Shown here: positions 25,579 to 37,911 of the stretch, piece after piece
Position numbering within the stretch: the stretch's first letter is position 1
Layout: the number at the start of each line of letters is the position of its first letter
Assembly: GCA_965113315.1 (NCBI GenBank)
Contig: OZ220374.1
From: Podarcis vaucheri
Lineage: Eukaryota
Length of the DNA stretch: 64,000 nucleotides
Strand: one strand, 5' to 3'
The notes under the pieces: generated by a model
What the model was told of the DNA's origin: nothing
The model's database searches: none
Seen by the model: only the letters and a program-made list of their open reading frames with translations
Made by a program: the position numbers and the translations under genes

Positions 25579-26944
25579 TTAGCTGTATTATAGAATATCT
25601 ATCTAAAGACGACTCTAGATACTTTTGAAACAGCCACCCTGGGGTTGTTTGTTTCTGTGATCTGGTCTAACATGGAACAGCCCTTCCTGGTCTATACCAC
25701 TCCGACTACAGGTTAAGGATCAGATGTTTGAACATTCTTCCATGTAGAAATCTCTTTACACGTTGAAACTGGTCTGTCAGGAAGGTTATCTAATAAGGGG
25801 GGGGATCTGCCTTTCATGCAAATTCCCCATAAGTATTGAAGTAGTTATGTGGGGAGGCATTCAAATATTTTGGCACCCCCCTCCACCTACGGACTGAAGT
25901 GGTATAGTCCAGGAAGCACTGCACCACATTATATTCCTGAACATGGCGCTCAGTCTTCTCACTTCAAAGCATAAACTAGCCAGAAACATTCTGTGTTGTA
26001 TCTGTATTCTATAGCATTGTTTTGTAGCTGAAAAGAAAGAGACTCTCTGTTTGAAATTCAGTTTAAGGAACAAATGCTACAGTATTCATTACAGTTTTAA
26101 TTACCAAAGCTGATATTTTCGTTCTCACCTGAGTGACAAACCGTGGAGCCATCTGATTTTTTTTTTCTGATGCCAGTTCCACTTGGGGTAATGTCATATA
26201 CCACACAGCGTATCTTAAAACAATAATTGCTGTTAGTTTTGTTTTGCAGCCAGATGTAACAGTGTATTGATTAAGTATTTTTTTAAACTTTAATTGCACA
26301 AGCTTAAATGTGTGTGTCTGATAAAATATTTACTGACAGCTTAGCTGGCAAGGACATGCATGGTTCAATAATCGTGAGTGGTGGCGCAGTTTGTACATAT
26401 TTTATAACTTTAATTTGCTGGTCAATGTTTATGACTTAACACCACTGCATCTCATCTTGTATTCTGTGGAGTTTATTGATAAACAATCATGGTATGTATT
26501 TTAAAATACTTTTTTTTTAAAAAAAAAAGCTCTCGCCTTCTTTATGATCTCACTACCGACGCAGAACAAAAATTAGCATTAATTAAAACGCGTTTATCGC
26601 ACAGCGGCCCATTAAGACATGGGCACATGAGAGAACACATTGCATTACAAAAGATTTGTATTTTTCTGTGTTATACTTCCCCCTCCCAAAGTAGTAATTA
26701 AGTTGCTTTAAAAATAGCAGAGGGCCTCATTGTGATAAGTGATTCTGCTCTCGTCTATCAGCTAGTTTGGAGGCTATTGTTCTTACCAGATGTCTTTTAT
26801 TATCTATTTTTATGCCTTCCTCCCCCACTTCCTTTTATATCATATCTCAACGAGGTCCTTTACGGGATCATGCAACTAGTAGCACCTCAAAGCTCCAGGA
26901 GTTTTTCCCACGGCTTCACGGCCTGATCCTCAACTCACCTAACA

Positions 26945-27137
26945 GGGGAGAGGCTGCAGCTCAGCAGCAAACCACGGGCAGGGGCAGATAGATGTAGATC
27001 CCACTTTGGCATCTCCAGGTGGGGCTGGGAATGCCCCCTGCCTGAAGACTGAAGAGCTTCTTCCAACCCATGTAGGCAGTACTGAGCTAGATGTATCAAT
27101 GATCTGGGCTCTGCAGAAGGCAGAGCTCTATGTTTCA
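26945..27137 (+). mobile_element. Squam3-like SINE
   Basis: ggcatctccaggtggggctgggaa...tactgagctagatg...aaggcag..ctatgtt. Confidence 0.7.
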
Positions 27138-27149
27138 CTAAGGGACCAG

Positions 27150-27913
27150 GTTTGATCAATTTTGGGATTTTCAGATTAAAATTTTACAGTCGCATATCCA
27201 ACATACAAAGGGACGCAGGTGGCACTGTGGGTTAAACCACAGAGCCTAGGACTTGATGATCAGAAGGTCAGCTCTTCGAATCCCCGCGACGGCGTGAGCT
27301 CCCGTTGCTCGGTCCCTGCTCCTGCCAACCTAGCAGTTTGAAAGCACATCAAAGTGCAAGTAGATAAATAGGTACCACTCCAGCGAGAAGGTAAACGGCG
27401 TTTCCGTGCACTGCTCTGGTTCGCCAGAAACAGCTTAGTCATGCTGGCCACATGACCTGGAAGCTGTACGTCAGCTCCCTCGGCCAATAAAGCGAGCTGA
27501 GCGCTGCAACCCCAGAGTCGTCCGCGACTGGACCTAACGGTCAGGAGTCCCTTTACCTTTATCCAACATACAACATAAAAACAAGGTTCCAAAGGATCTC
27601 TTGGACTTCCGTCCTACCCTTTGTGGGTCCTATTCTAAATCATTTCCTCCTGCCTCTTTTATAAGAATCCAAATCTTTTATCTCTCTATTGTATGCAAAA
27701 TTCACCATGAAACTACAAGTGATATTCCAGTCCTGCTAACGATTTCAACTGTTTCCAATGGCCTTTAAGATAATTTTTTTTTAAAATTCCCCATTCCTTA
27801 TTAAAATTTGGGTCTTCCTGATTTCTGACTCTTCCGGTCATTTTAGCCATTTCGGCATAGTGCATCGACTTGATCTGTCATTCTTCTCTGGCAGGGACTT
27901 TATCTTCTTGTTT
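27150..27913 (-). mobile_element. L1 LINE 3' fragment hosting a Sauria SINE
   Basis: The reverse strand at ~27913-27790 reads KQEDKVPAREE*QIKSMHYAEMAKMTGRVRNQEDPNFNKEW, typical of the squamate L1 ORF2 C-terminus. Confidence 0.72.
27209..27559 (+). mobile_element. Sauria SINE
   Basis: Full-length body. 14-bp TSD tatccaacatacaa at 27195-27208 and 27560-27573. Confidence 0.96.
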
Positions 27914-28530
27914 GAGCTTTGTAGTTGGAGGGTGGGATGCAGTCCAGCAGGACAATCAGCTGATCATTGGGACATCAAAGCATCAAAGTATGGTGCTCTC
28001 TGCAAGGGGCTTCCAAAGAGCCCTGTACTTTGAACTCAGCAACCAAAGGATTGTTGGGGCTTCAGAGCACTGCATCACCTGACATAATTGTGAGCATAAT
28101 TGTCCCACCAGCCAAATCCAGTCCCCCACCTGTCATAAAGGAATTAAAACCCCTGTGTACAGGAATGCCTGGGGTCTGATTCTGACTGGGGCACAGTACC
28201 TCCTGCTTGCGTTTGACCAACTTTGACCACTGGAATCACTATGCAATCCTTCCCTTACAAACTGCCCCCTTGTAGTAGGGAACATTTAGGGCATGTTGAC
28301 CAAATCCACCCATTTCCATTTGATGGGAATGAGGCTCATTGTCAGGGAGCGATGGCTGTGGGACTTTTGCCAAGCCTGCTTAAGGCATGCTTTGTGATTC
28401 ATCCAGCTACAAAGGCTGAGGTAGACATCCTTATATAAGAAGGTAGGAGTGTAGGGAGTTGTTTTACACTGAGTCAGACCACAGACCTATCCAGCTCAGT
28501 ATTGTGTATCCTGACTGACAGAGGCCCTCC

Positions 28531-29150
28531 AGTAGGAAGGGGAAAGAATTTCATTCCAATTTGCACTTCCTGACCCAATGAGCAAACTGCAACAGAGCTC
28601 TCATTCAAAATTCGCACTTCTCCGAATTTTGTGATACGGTTCGCCAATTCAGAAATGTGCAAAAAATGTATATATAGTAGTGGAAATAATGTGCCAAGCT
28701 TCGTCATATTAGGGGGGATTACCCTAATTTGCCCCTAATGGGCAAAATTGTGCTGCATCGGGAAGTTTTTGGTGTTTGAAGTTTTATAGTTTTTATATTT
28801 TGCTGGAAGCCACCAGAGTGGCTGGGAAACCCAGGAAGATGGGTGGGGTATAGCAGCAGCAGCAGAAGCAAAAACAACAACACCACATATTTTCCCTGGC
28901 TTTTGACACCTGAGATATGTGTGTTCAAGACGCTTGTGAAATTTATATTTTAACAGTTTTTAATTCTGCATTTTAAAATTTCTGCAATCCTCCCTCCACC
29001 AAAATCTCCTGTGGAAGGCTGGGTGGGAAGAAGAGGAGGAGGAGGAGAAAAAATTGTATGGACTTTTTTAAAAGAAAAAAAATAATCACAAATTGATGCT
29101 GAAATGGGGTGAACTGAAATTAAGGTTGGAAAAATGAGACGCCAAAAGCC
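28531..29150 (+). repeat. Unclassified dispersed repeat with an L2 3'-end remnant inside (~28755-28880)
   Basis: Shares cacttctccgaattttg and ggaaaaatgaga with the copy at 23167. The internal gaagccaccagagtggctggg is an L2 tail. Confidence 0.55.
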
Positions 29151-30499
29151 AGCAGTACTTATTATGGACACGGCAGGGGCAGTCATAATACAGAAGAAAT
29201 TTCAAACAGTCCCTGCATGATGCATGCGTCTTGGGGGAGCCTGCTATTAAAAGTACTTGAGAACATTGTTTGGCAACACAGCCTCACAATTTGTTCTGTG
29301 TATCACGAGCTCCTCCCTCAATAATTTTTTTAAAAAAAAAAGAAATTAAAAGTCAACCAAACCAATCCGTTCCCCAAATCCATGCCATTTTCAGTCCTAG
29401 CCTAGCACATCAACTACATTATTTGACCTTAGCAACTCTGCACACAGTACAGGCAAACAAGCTTTGAGTTACTGCTGTGCTACAACATAACAATTCCATT
29501 GCTATGACCCCTGGTGTCTGGCAAAATACAGTAGAACAATAATTGTCAATCCTTCCTGTACAATGTGTAACGTTTGACAGAGGTCAGCATTAGCTACATG
29601 ACCTTTGGCTGGTACTCAAAGAGGTAATATCTCTTCTCCAGTTCAGTTGATAAAATGTTAAATAGAATCAATGTTGGCCACGCTTTTGTGGCGCTGGAGA
29701 CAAAACCAATTTTTTACACTAAAGCGTGCTTTTTAACAGACAGAAAATAGCTTCGGTGACAGCCTTTCTCCAACTACCTTGGTAAATATATTATTTCAAA
29801 TGTCAAAAATTTAATTTTCTCAAGAAAAGTGGCATAATTCTTATTTCCAATCTGTGGAATGGCATGATTAATATCACAAGGCTCTGTGCATTACATGGAA
29901 TGGAATGGGTTTTGCAAGAGGTCTTTAAGCAGGAGAGGAGGAAGGGTGAACTGATTCAAAACTTGCACGTATGATCAGCTTCCAGCAGTAAATTCCTTTG
30001 TTATCCCACGGACGTTACCAGTTCTAGAGACACAACCATAATGCCAGTGTGCAATTGACTAGGCAGCAGCAAAGTCATTAGGAGTTAATCATTTTCTCCA
30101 TGGTTTTAAAGATGAGTGCAGAGCTGCCGAGAGTAACATGCAAGAGACAAGGGTGTCCATGCACAAAGGAGGTCAGGGATCTCAGAATAGGGAATCTTAG
30201 CAGGGGGTGCTTTGCCCAACACTATTTCCTCTTCTGTACAATTATTAAATCTCCTTTGTGCCTGACCTGACTACCCTGTCACAGAGCATGGTTAAACTGC
30301 ATTCAGCACAGTCCTAACGCCTGTTCGGATGACAATTGTGTACACAGTGTGGTTTCAGCAAGGAGCAGGAGTGGACTTTGACTCTCAAATTGCAGTGGCA
30401 CCCTGTGTGACACTGAAATTTGTGCCCTCTGCCTCTCGCACTCCGTTCTACAGCATTGTTGTGGCACCTCCTACTGTGCAACCGAATCAGTTGTGCTAA

Positions 30500-30945
30500 T
30501 GTTAGGATCATCCTACTTGCGTGTAGGACCCTGGCAGAGACACATGCCCGACTGGCATGTTCTCTCCCTCCTGGTCGGTCGTTTGGGAGCTTCAAAAGCT
30601 TTCTCCAGCCAGAACATCACAGCGACTGATACCAAGAAGCATCAGCACACTTACGGAACCTGCAGAGTATTAGCTGTTCACGTAACAAACTCAGTAGCAC
30701 AGCATTTTGGCTAATCGACATTTATTTACATATAATACACTCAGAGCATTCTGACTTAGCTCCTTCCTCTTCCTCATCAGACATCAAAGAGAGAAAGAAC
30801 AAAGGACAACAGCCCTACATCACGGAACACAGTAATACCAAAACATCCTGTCTCCGTCACTTCCCACACTGTGGAATGAAAACATACACCGCTATGTGAT
30901 AAACAACAATCCCATGACTGTAAGCTCGGAGCAAGAATCCTAACA
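30500..30945 (-). mobile_element. Solo LTR, copy 3 (more diverged)
   Basis: Reverse complement of the 2949 and 9637 LTRs. It retains AATAAA (tttatt at ~30721). Confidence 0.78.
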
Positions 30946-31077
30946 GTGTTACCCTGAAACCATCTCTGCAAGGGAAGGGATTGCAGCTGCAAACCATACC
31001 TCCCCAGACTATATGCATTCTCACTGTTCTTGTACCCATACCTCAGTGGTAGAGCATCTGCAGGAAGTCCCATGTTC

Positions 31078-31222
31078 ACAGAATCGCAGAACTGTAACAT
31101 TGGAAGCAACCACGAGGATCATCTAGTCCAGCCCTCTTCAGTGCAGGAACCATTTGCCCAACATGGGGCTCGAACCCACAACCCTGAGATTACATGGTTT
31201 ATGCTGTACCAGCTGAGCTATC
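31078..31222 (-). mobile_element. tRNA-derived SINE with CR1 tail (Squam2/POM-like)
   Basis: Reverse-strand homologue of 5124-5260, with a B-box (gggctcgaaccc). Confidence 0.72.
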
Positions 31223-31686
31223 CACATTCAAGGACCATCTGATTCCTCATGTTTCACCTTGATCACCAAGATCCTCACCACCTCTAGTGGTTCCCCACAC
31301 CCCTGAGTTTTGGTTGACCCTCACTAAGGACCAAGTCTTGAATACAGCAGATCCTGACCTGTGGAACTCTCTACCAGTAAGGGTTCAGCTCTGAGTGCAG
31401 CAAGACGTATTCCCTAGTTAGCATCCTTAGGGGTGTAGGCATTGGTGGGAACAGTACTAGGGAACTCAAACTAAGGACTCCAGCAATAGACAATAACAGC
31501 TCATGTGGCTTAGAGTAGTCATGCAGAGCTCTGTCTCTCATCCCGTCTTCCTTGCTTTGGGACAATCGGCCTGACCTTGACCTTCGTCTTCCCTGCCAAC
31601 TTTAATTGCTGAGTTTGGTCCAATCTAGACTCCATACTCACCTCTGGCCCTCCCAACCAGCTGCTTGCAGGCTGTACCTTGTAGGG

Positions 31687-31823
31687 CACAGGTAGGCAAC
31701 ATGGTGCCATTCAGATGTTGTTAGACCAGAGCACCCATCATCCCTGACCTTTGGCCATGCTGGGTGGGCCTCATGGGAGTTGGAGTCCAACCACATCCAG
31801 AGTGCACAATGTTGACTACCCCT
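31687..31823. mobile_element. hAT MITE, degraded
   Basis: Same architecture as 16829 (cccatcatccctg...atgggagttg.agtcc). Confidence 0.65.
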
Positions 31824-32807
31824 ACTGTAGACAACTTCCATGGGAAATAGAGTACAAGTAAGCAAGAAAGATTTTTTATATTTTGTACTTTTATAAGATG
31901 CTCAGAGCCTTGAGCTCTAAATTAATAACTTATATTTTAATAGTAAGACAGGGTTGCATCTGTCCTGTCTTAGCACCAGGTCCTTACAAGAAGCTCCAGA
32001 AAAGGAAATCTGGTGCTGCTGATGGCGCTTTGATCGTCTGTTTGCTTTCACGATCGAGCCTTGCATTGCCTCTCATTGTTTTGTCCCAGTAATGGAGATC
32101 ATCAGGAACAGCTGAGAAAGGCGGCCTTGGGGATTTGTCCTTAATGAATTCTGGAGATGACTCCCCTTACAGTTTAACAGGGCAGAACCACACATTATGA
32201 AGAAATCACAGGGGTTCCGAAGCCTGCATTTTTGCTCATTAGGAAAATGCCGGGTCAGGGGGACAGGGATGGGCATTTGTGGCAGAGAACTGGCAAGGAG
32301 AAAGAGGTGTTTAAACCTTCACCCACCCACCCAATCTTTCAAGCAAATGTCCTCCCTCCCTCCACCATATTAGTCTCTGAACCTGGAAATAAGCCCAGCT
32401 GAGAAGAAAATGACTTGACTCAGGGGGAGTATTTATAGGGGAGAATTGGCAAGCAAGAGAACAGTCAAGCAGCTCCCTTTCCTTTTTCACTGATTCAGTC
32501 TTACAGAATGCTCCCTTCACACTCTCTGTTTGTGTTGCGTCGGCAAAAAGGGGGGGTTGCTTGACAAACTGTATTTGTTGAGGTAATGTGTGGTTCCACA
32601 TTAGTTCCTATTGCAGTCTGAAGTACTTGCAGACACCATTGTTTGCTGTGTCAGATGTAATGACCAACAATGGTTTGCCCAAAATCAGGAAGCTGTTAGT
32701 CAAAGGGAGTTTGAAAGGAGTGAGAACAGGGGAGGAGAAGAGGCACAGAACACACTGATGTCACACCAGGGCATGCCTTGGTGCCATATCTGAATTGATG
32801 CCCCCAG

Positions 32808-32848
<41 letters not shown>

Positions 32849-33236
32849 GATGATGGTGATTTACCTGCCTTTCACCCTAAGGTGCCAGAGTGGATTACAA
32901 CAATTAAAGCACAATATTTTATTTTATTTTTTAAAAAACAGTTTAAAACAACTTACAATCACAGAAATAAAGTGAGTCCTAAAAATGCACACACGCAGCG
33001 CCAAAAGCCAGGTGTATCTCAAGGGCCAAATTTGGTTGAATCCTGCTCCATTTGACTTCATTCACATATTCCCTGCACACACAGCTGTCATAGGCTTTAA
33101 CCCTGCCTTCCTGTTCATCATGAGTGACATTAGCTGATAAGTGGGCAGGTATGATTTGGGGGGAAATGGCCTTGTGGTCCCCCAAGATTGGCCTGCAGGC
33201 TATAGGTTCCCTGCTCCTGACCTAGAGAATAGAATT

Positions 33237-33670
33237 ATGGCTCCCAGTACGTTTCCGAGCACAATTCAAAGTGTTGGTGCTGACCTTTAAAGCCCTAAAC
33301 GGCCTCGGTCCAGTATACCTGAAGGAGCGTCTCCACCCCCATCAGTCTGCCCGGACGCTGAGGTCCAGCGCCGAGGGCCTTCTGGCGGTTCCCTCACTGC
33401 GAGAAGCAAAGCTACAGGGAACCAGGCAGAGGGCCTTCTCGGTAGTGGCGCCCGCCCTGTGGAACACCCTTCCAGCAGATGTCAAGGCGATAAACAACTA
33501 CCTGACATTCAGGAGACATCTTAAGGCAGCCCTGTTCAGGGAAGTTTTTAACGTGTGATATTTTATTGTATTTTTGGTTTTTATGGAAGCCGCCCAGAGT
33601 GGCTGGGGAGGCCCAGCCAGATGGGCGGGGTATAAATAATAAATTATTATTATTATTATTATTATTATTA
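33237..33670 (+). mobile_element. L2 LINE 3' fragment with (TTA)n tail
   Basis: Open WLPVRFRAQFKVLVLTFKALNGLGPVYLKERL...REVFNV*, same family as 1884-2506. Confidence 0.94.
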
Positions 33671-33769
33671 TGTCAAAAAATAGACCGTGGCTACCCTTGT
33701 ATTAGACTGTACTTATTTCCAATTGCCCTCTTCACCATTTATAATATTGCTGTTTTGTGCTATAACTGT

Positions 33770-33914
33770 GGCACAACTGGACGCTTTCACCTGCCCCAGC
33801 TGCAACAAAACATGTCTCTCCCACCTTGGTCTCTTGGCCACAGCAGATACTGCAACCTTCCAGCAGCTTGACTTCACTCCTCCATTGCCTCCCAAGACTG
33901 ACAGATGCCAACAA
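33770..33914 (+). mobile_element. RTE 3' end fragment
   Basis: FTCPSCNKTCLSH... homologous to 7610-7770. Confidence 0.7.
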
Positions 33915-34560
33915 TGCAATGATGTGAGAAACCAGTCTTGAAGCACTGAATGGGTTTTTAGTCATTTAGTTTAGAAATTGATTGAGAAATGGCCTTTTGA
34001 GCAAGTGTTTTAAATGGACGGGACATACACCACATATCATCGTTAAGATGGGCAGAGAAAACCATAAATAAAACTAGCTTGACATTTGAAAGAAGGGGAA
34101 ATAAACTCATAAATGGCAGGCAGCATTGATCAGTGATAATGAAATATCAGCTAAGTACACAGAGTGCCTTAAGTTTTCCTCCTCTGTTTTGATCAGGGTC
34201 AAATGTTAAACTTAATCCGTAAACCTATAAATGGGAATCAGGCCAGAAAAGCTTGGGGAGCTGAGATTTTCAGAACAGAACTGCTGACGCTCAACTCAAA
34301 TGTCAGGCCCCAAATAAAGAAAGGATTCTCACAGGGCTGTATTCTGAAATAATATTAGGAATCAATATGTTCAGGTACTTTTCACTTAATGAATTTTAAA
34401 GGGGCAAATAAGAAAACAACAACAATCTGTTGGCTGCAACGCAGCCAAAGTCTAGGCAGCATATAAACAATATACCTTGCTTTTCTGACCATAGAAAATC
34501 ACCCTCAAATCTAGACCTAATTTGGTTTCGTTATATATTTTAATTCCTGTGCATTTGCTT

Positions 34561-34887
34561 AGGAACATAGTACTCTGCTTTATGCTGAGTCAAACTGATA
34601 TTGTCTACACCAGGGTTCCCAAAATGTGGGTCTCCAGCTGTTTTTGGACTACAAATCCCATCATCCATAGCAAGCAGGACCAACGGGATCAGGGATGATG
34701 GGAACTGTAGTCCAAAAACAGCTGGAGGCCCATGTTTTGGAAACCCTGGTCTACACTATCTGGTAGTGGTTTTCCAGGGCTTCAGACAGGAGTCTCTCAC
34801 AGCCTTACCTGGAGATGCCAAGAATGGAACCTGGGACCTACTGAATGCAAGGCAGCTGCTCTAGCACTGAGCTACGACCCTCTCCCT
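34561..34887 (-). mobile_element. Squam3-like SINE interrupted by a hAT MITE
   Basis: aggaacatag...gctgagtcaa tail and ctggagatgcc...gaacctgggacc...actgagctac head on the reverse strand. Confidence 0.75.
34611..34748. mobile_element. hAT MITE
   Basis: TIRs cagggttcccaaaa and ttttggaaaccctg. Perfect 8-bp TSD gtctacac. Confidence 0.93.
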
Positions 34888-35005
34888 TCTTTCCAAGCTA
34901 TTTCTAGGGCCCTCCTATTCACCCCCCACATATAGGATTTCATGCCGCAAACACACTTCTATAAGAAGTGGCGCCCTTTTTAAACAGTAGTACGTCCTGT
35001 TTTAA

Positions 35006-35356
35006 GGGACGTGGGTGGCGCTGTGGGTTAAACCACAGAGCCTAGGACTTGCTGATCAGAAGGTTGGCAGTTCGAATCCCCGCGATGGGGTGAGCTCCCG
35101 TTGCTCGGTCCCTGCTCCTGCCAACCTAGCAGTTCAAAAGCACGTCAAAGCGCAAGTAGATAAATAGGTACCACTCCAGCGGGAAGGTAAACAGGGTTTC
35201 CGTGCACTGCTCTGGTTCGCCAGAAACGGCTTAGTCATTCTGGCCACATGACCCAGAAGCTGTACGCTGGCTCCCTCGGCCAATAAAGCAAGATGAGCAC
35301 TGTAACCCCAGAGTCGGTCACGACCGGACCTAATGGTCAGGGGTCCCTTTACCTTT
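35006..35356 (+). mobile_element. Sauria SINE
   Basis: gggacgtgggtggcgctgtgggttaaacc...gggtccctttaccttt. Confidence 0.94.
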
Positions 35357-36814
35357 AACTCCTATTTATCAGATTCTAAGGAACCCTTATGCGCCATTCA
35401 CTCTCTCCAGAAAGACATCCCTACTGAAGTTCTGATTATATGGACATTTGCATTGAATCAATTTAATTAAATGACTAGTCCATTAAAAAAGGAGGCTTTT
35501 AATCAACTCAAAAGTCGACCGTCAATGGACAGTCCTAAGCAACACTGTGAGATGCCGCAAATAGGTACCCAATAACATTCCATAGAACCTTTGGGGTCTT
35601 TTCTTTAAAGCAGAAATCATGAATTTAATGAACATATGCACCAGCAGAGCTACTAATCTTATTAAAATTCCTGGTTATCTGACCCCTTACAGGAGGTAGC
35701 TGAGCAAGTGCCAAAAAGGAGCCATTTGTGAAGGGGGGGGGAGGATCTGCTTTCTTGGTGCAGAAATTGCACACAATGGAATAATTTGCCCGATTTCCGT
35801 CCTCCAACGGGTGGGGGTGGGGATTCTTGATTTAAATGAGATTCGGTGTCTTGCCCACTTGGGAGGTGGTCACTCACATGCCGGATGAGCGGTTAACAGC
35901 GTGAATTGCATTGTAATGCAGAATAAATGAGGGCTGACCACCTGCCCCCCACCATCGTATTCAGCCGGGCCCTGCTGCCACTTGCAATTACAAAGGACAC
36001 GAGCGAAAGACACTTCGGTACTAGGGGAAGCATGACCTGCGCGGCACCGCTCATTTTGCACTGCACTTATTCAATACACCACTGCCCTATAATTTGCGAT
36101 AGCATTGTTATCTGTTAGCCGCTTACACAGTCGCACCTTCGTTATGTCCCTGGATGCCAGCGTCGGGCTGCCTGTCACATCTATTGATTGCACTCAAACA
36201 GCAATTTACATGGATCACTTGTGACCGTCCTCTGGAAGGGGGGGGAGGGGACGGCGGCCAAACACAACGGATATCCCTTCAGAGGAGTCATCAGCTTTCT
36301 CCTGGGGACCTCAGAGGCACAGCAAACTGTCTCCTGGAAACCAATGTGACTCTAAGCACCACCATCAGCAAATATGCCACAGTTCATCAAACTCCGAGCT
36401 GGTTCTTGCTTTGCCCAAAATGTCAAGGTGCCACTCTCTTCCCTGCTGTTTGCTAAATTATTTGTGAAGTTGCTTAAGGCAAGCGAAGGTCAAGGAGGTT
36501 ATCAGACGGGTGGTCTTTGGCTTTCCTTCCTGCCATCAGCAATATCGGAAACCGCTCGTTCAAAAGAGGGGTTTGTTGTTGTTTTTTTGCTCCATCTGAG
36601 CTTCAGCTGTAGAGGTAATAACTGTTTGTTACTGAGAATTACCAGTTCAGTTCAGGATCAAAGCAGGAGTTCTTGCTTTGGTGCTCCCTGTGAGCTACTA
36701 AACAAAGAAGGGCTTCTGATGAAGATGGCAAGGACCTCAGCTGTAATGCCTTCAAAGCCTTTGCCCAGCTTGGGTTGGTGCACCAAGAGCATCTGTTCCT
36801 GGTGAAGTCAGACC

Positions 36815-37090
36815 AGCCCTTAGTTATACCTGGACTGGGTTACTGCAATGCCTTCTACATGGGACTACCTTTAAAGTGTACCAGGAAAGAATTAGTAAAA
36901 AGAATGCAGCGGGGGTGGACATCAGTGGTTGGACATGTATCATGCATATTTCACCTGTCCTGAAAGGGCAGAATTGGTTGCCAATTTGTTTCTGGGCCCA
37001 GCTCAAAATGCTGGTGACCATCTTTAAAGTTCTATGTGGTTTCCTTCCAGGCTACCTCTCAGGGATTGGCTGGACACTGAGGAGTGGTGG
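36815..37090 (+). mobile_element. Older L2 fragment, probably continuing at ~37990-38300
   Basis: LGYCNAFYMGLPLK and HISPVLKGQNWLPICFWAQLKMLV. The downstream part has gggaacc..aaagggccttctctgtggctgcacc. Confidence 0.75.
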
Positions 37091-37096
37091 TTGGAT

Positions 37097-37519
37097 GCTG
37101 ATGAGTGGGTGAAAGGGGGTCAGAGACTGACTTGCAAGAAGGGATCAGTGAACTGGGGGAGCCTGTAGCAGCCAGGAGGTGAGAGTCAGAGGCAGGAGAA
37201 GCTGCAGGATTGGAGAGGGAAGAACAGGCGCAGGAAGACGGAGAGATAGGTAAGGCTGGTGGAGGGTCAAGGATTCCCCCCTCCTGTCCCCACCTCTCCA
37301 GCTCCACTGTCTCCCAGGACCAGGTGAGGATTGGAGGAGGAGGAGCAGAATCGGGTTACACACAGGCAGAGTCTTCACCTGCTTGTGTGCTACTCAGGTT
37401 GGGGAGATATATAAGCTGAGATTGAGGGTGGGGCCTCTCTGTTGTGTCAACTGCCTCATAAGGTGCACACCTAGGAGTAGCTGAGAGATGTAGGACTGAT
37501 GAGCATGCCTTTCCCTAAC

Positions 37520-37565
<46 letters not shown>

Positions 37566-37911
37566 TTATTTTTTGTACCCCGCCCATCTGGCTGGGTTTC
37601 CCCAGCCACTCTGGGTGGCTTCCAACAAAGATTAAAAATACATCAAAATGCCACACGTTAAAAACTTCCCTGAACAGGGCTGCCTTCAGATGTTTTCTAA
37701 ATGTCAGATAGTAGTTTATCTCTTTGACATCTGATGGGAGGGCGTTCCACAGGGCAGGCGCCACTACCAAGAAGGCCCTCGGCACTGGACCTCAGCATCT
37801 GGGCAGAATGATGGACGTGGAGACACTCCTTCAGGTATACTGGGCCGAGGCTGTAAGTATTATTGTGACAATAAAGAGTTAATTCCTCACTCTGGACATT
37901 CCTTGCCTGAC
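37097..37911 (+). mobile_element. Probable solo LTR interrupted by a young L2
   Basis: TG...CA ends, purine-rich U3-like region, TATATAA at ~37408, AATAAA at ~37870. No TSD found. Confidence 0.45.
37521..37853 (-). mobile_element. Young L2 3' fragment with an internal deletion
   Basis: (TAA)n tail. Homologous to 33237-33670 but lacks the segment between two gagggccttct repeats. Confidence 0.9.
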
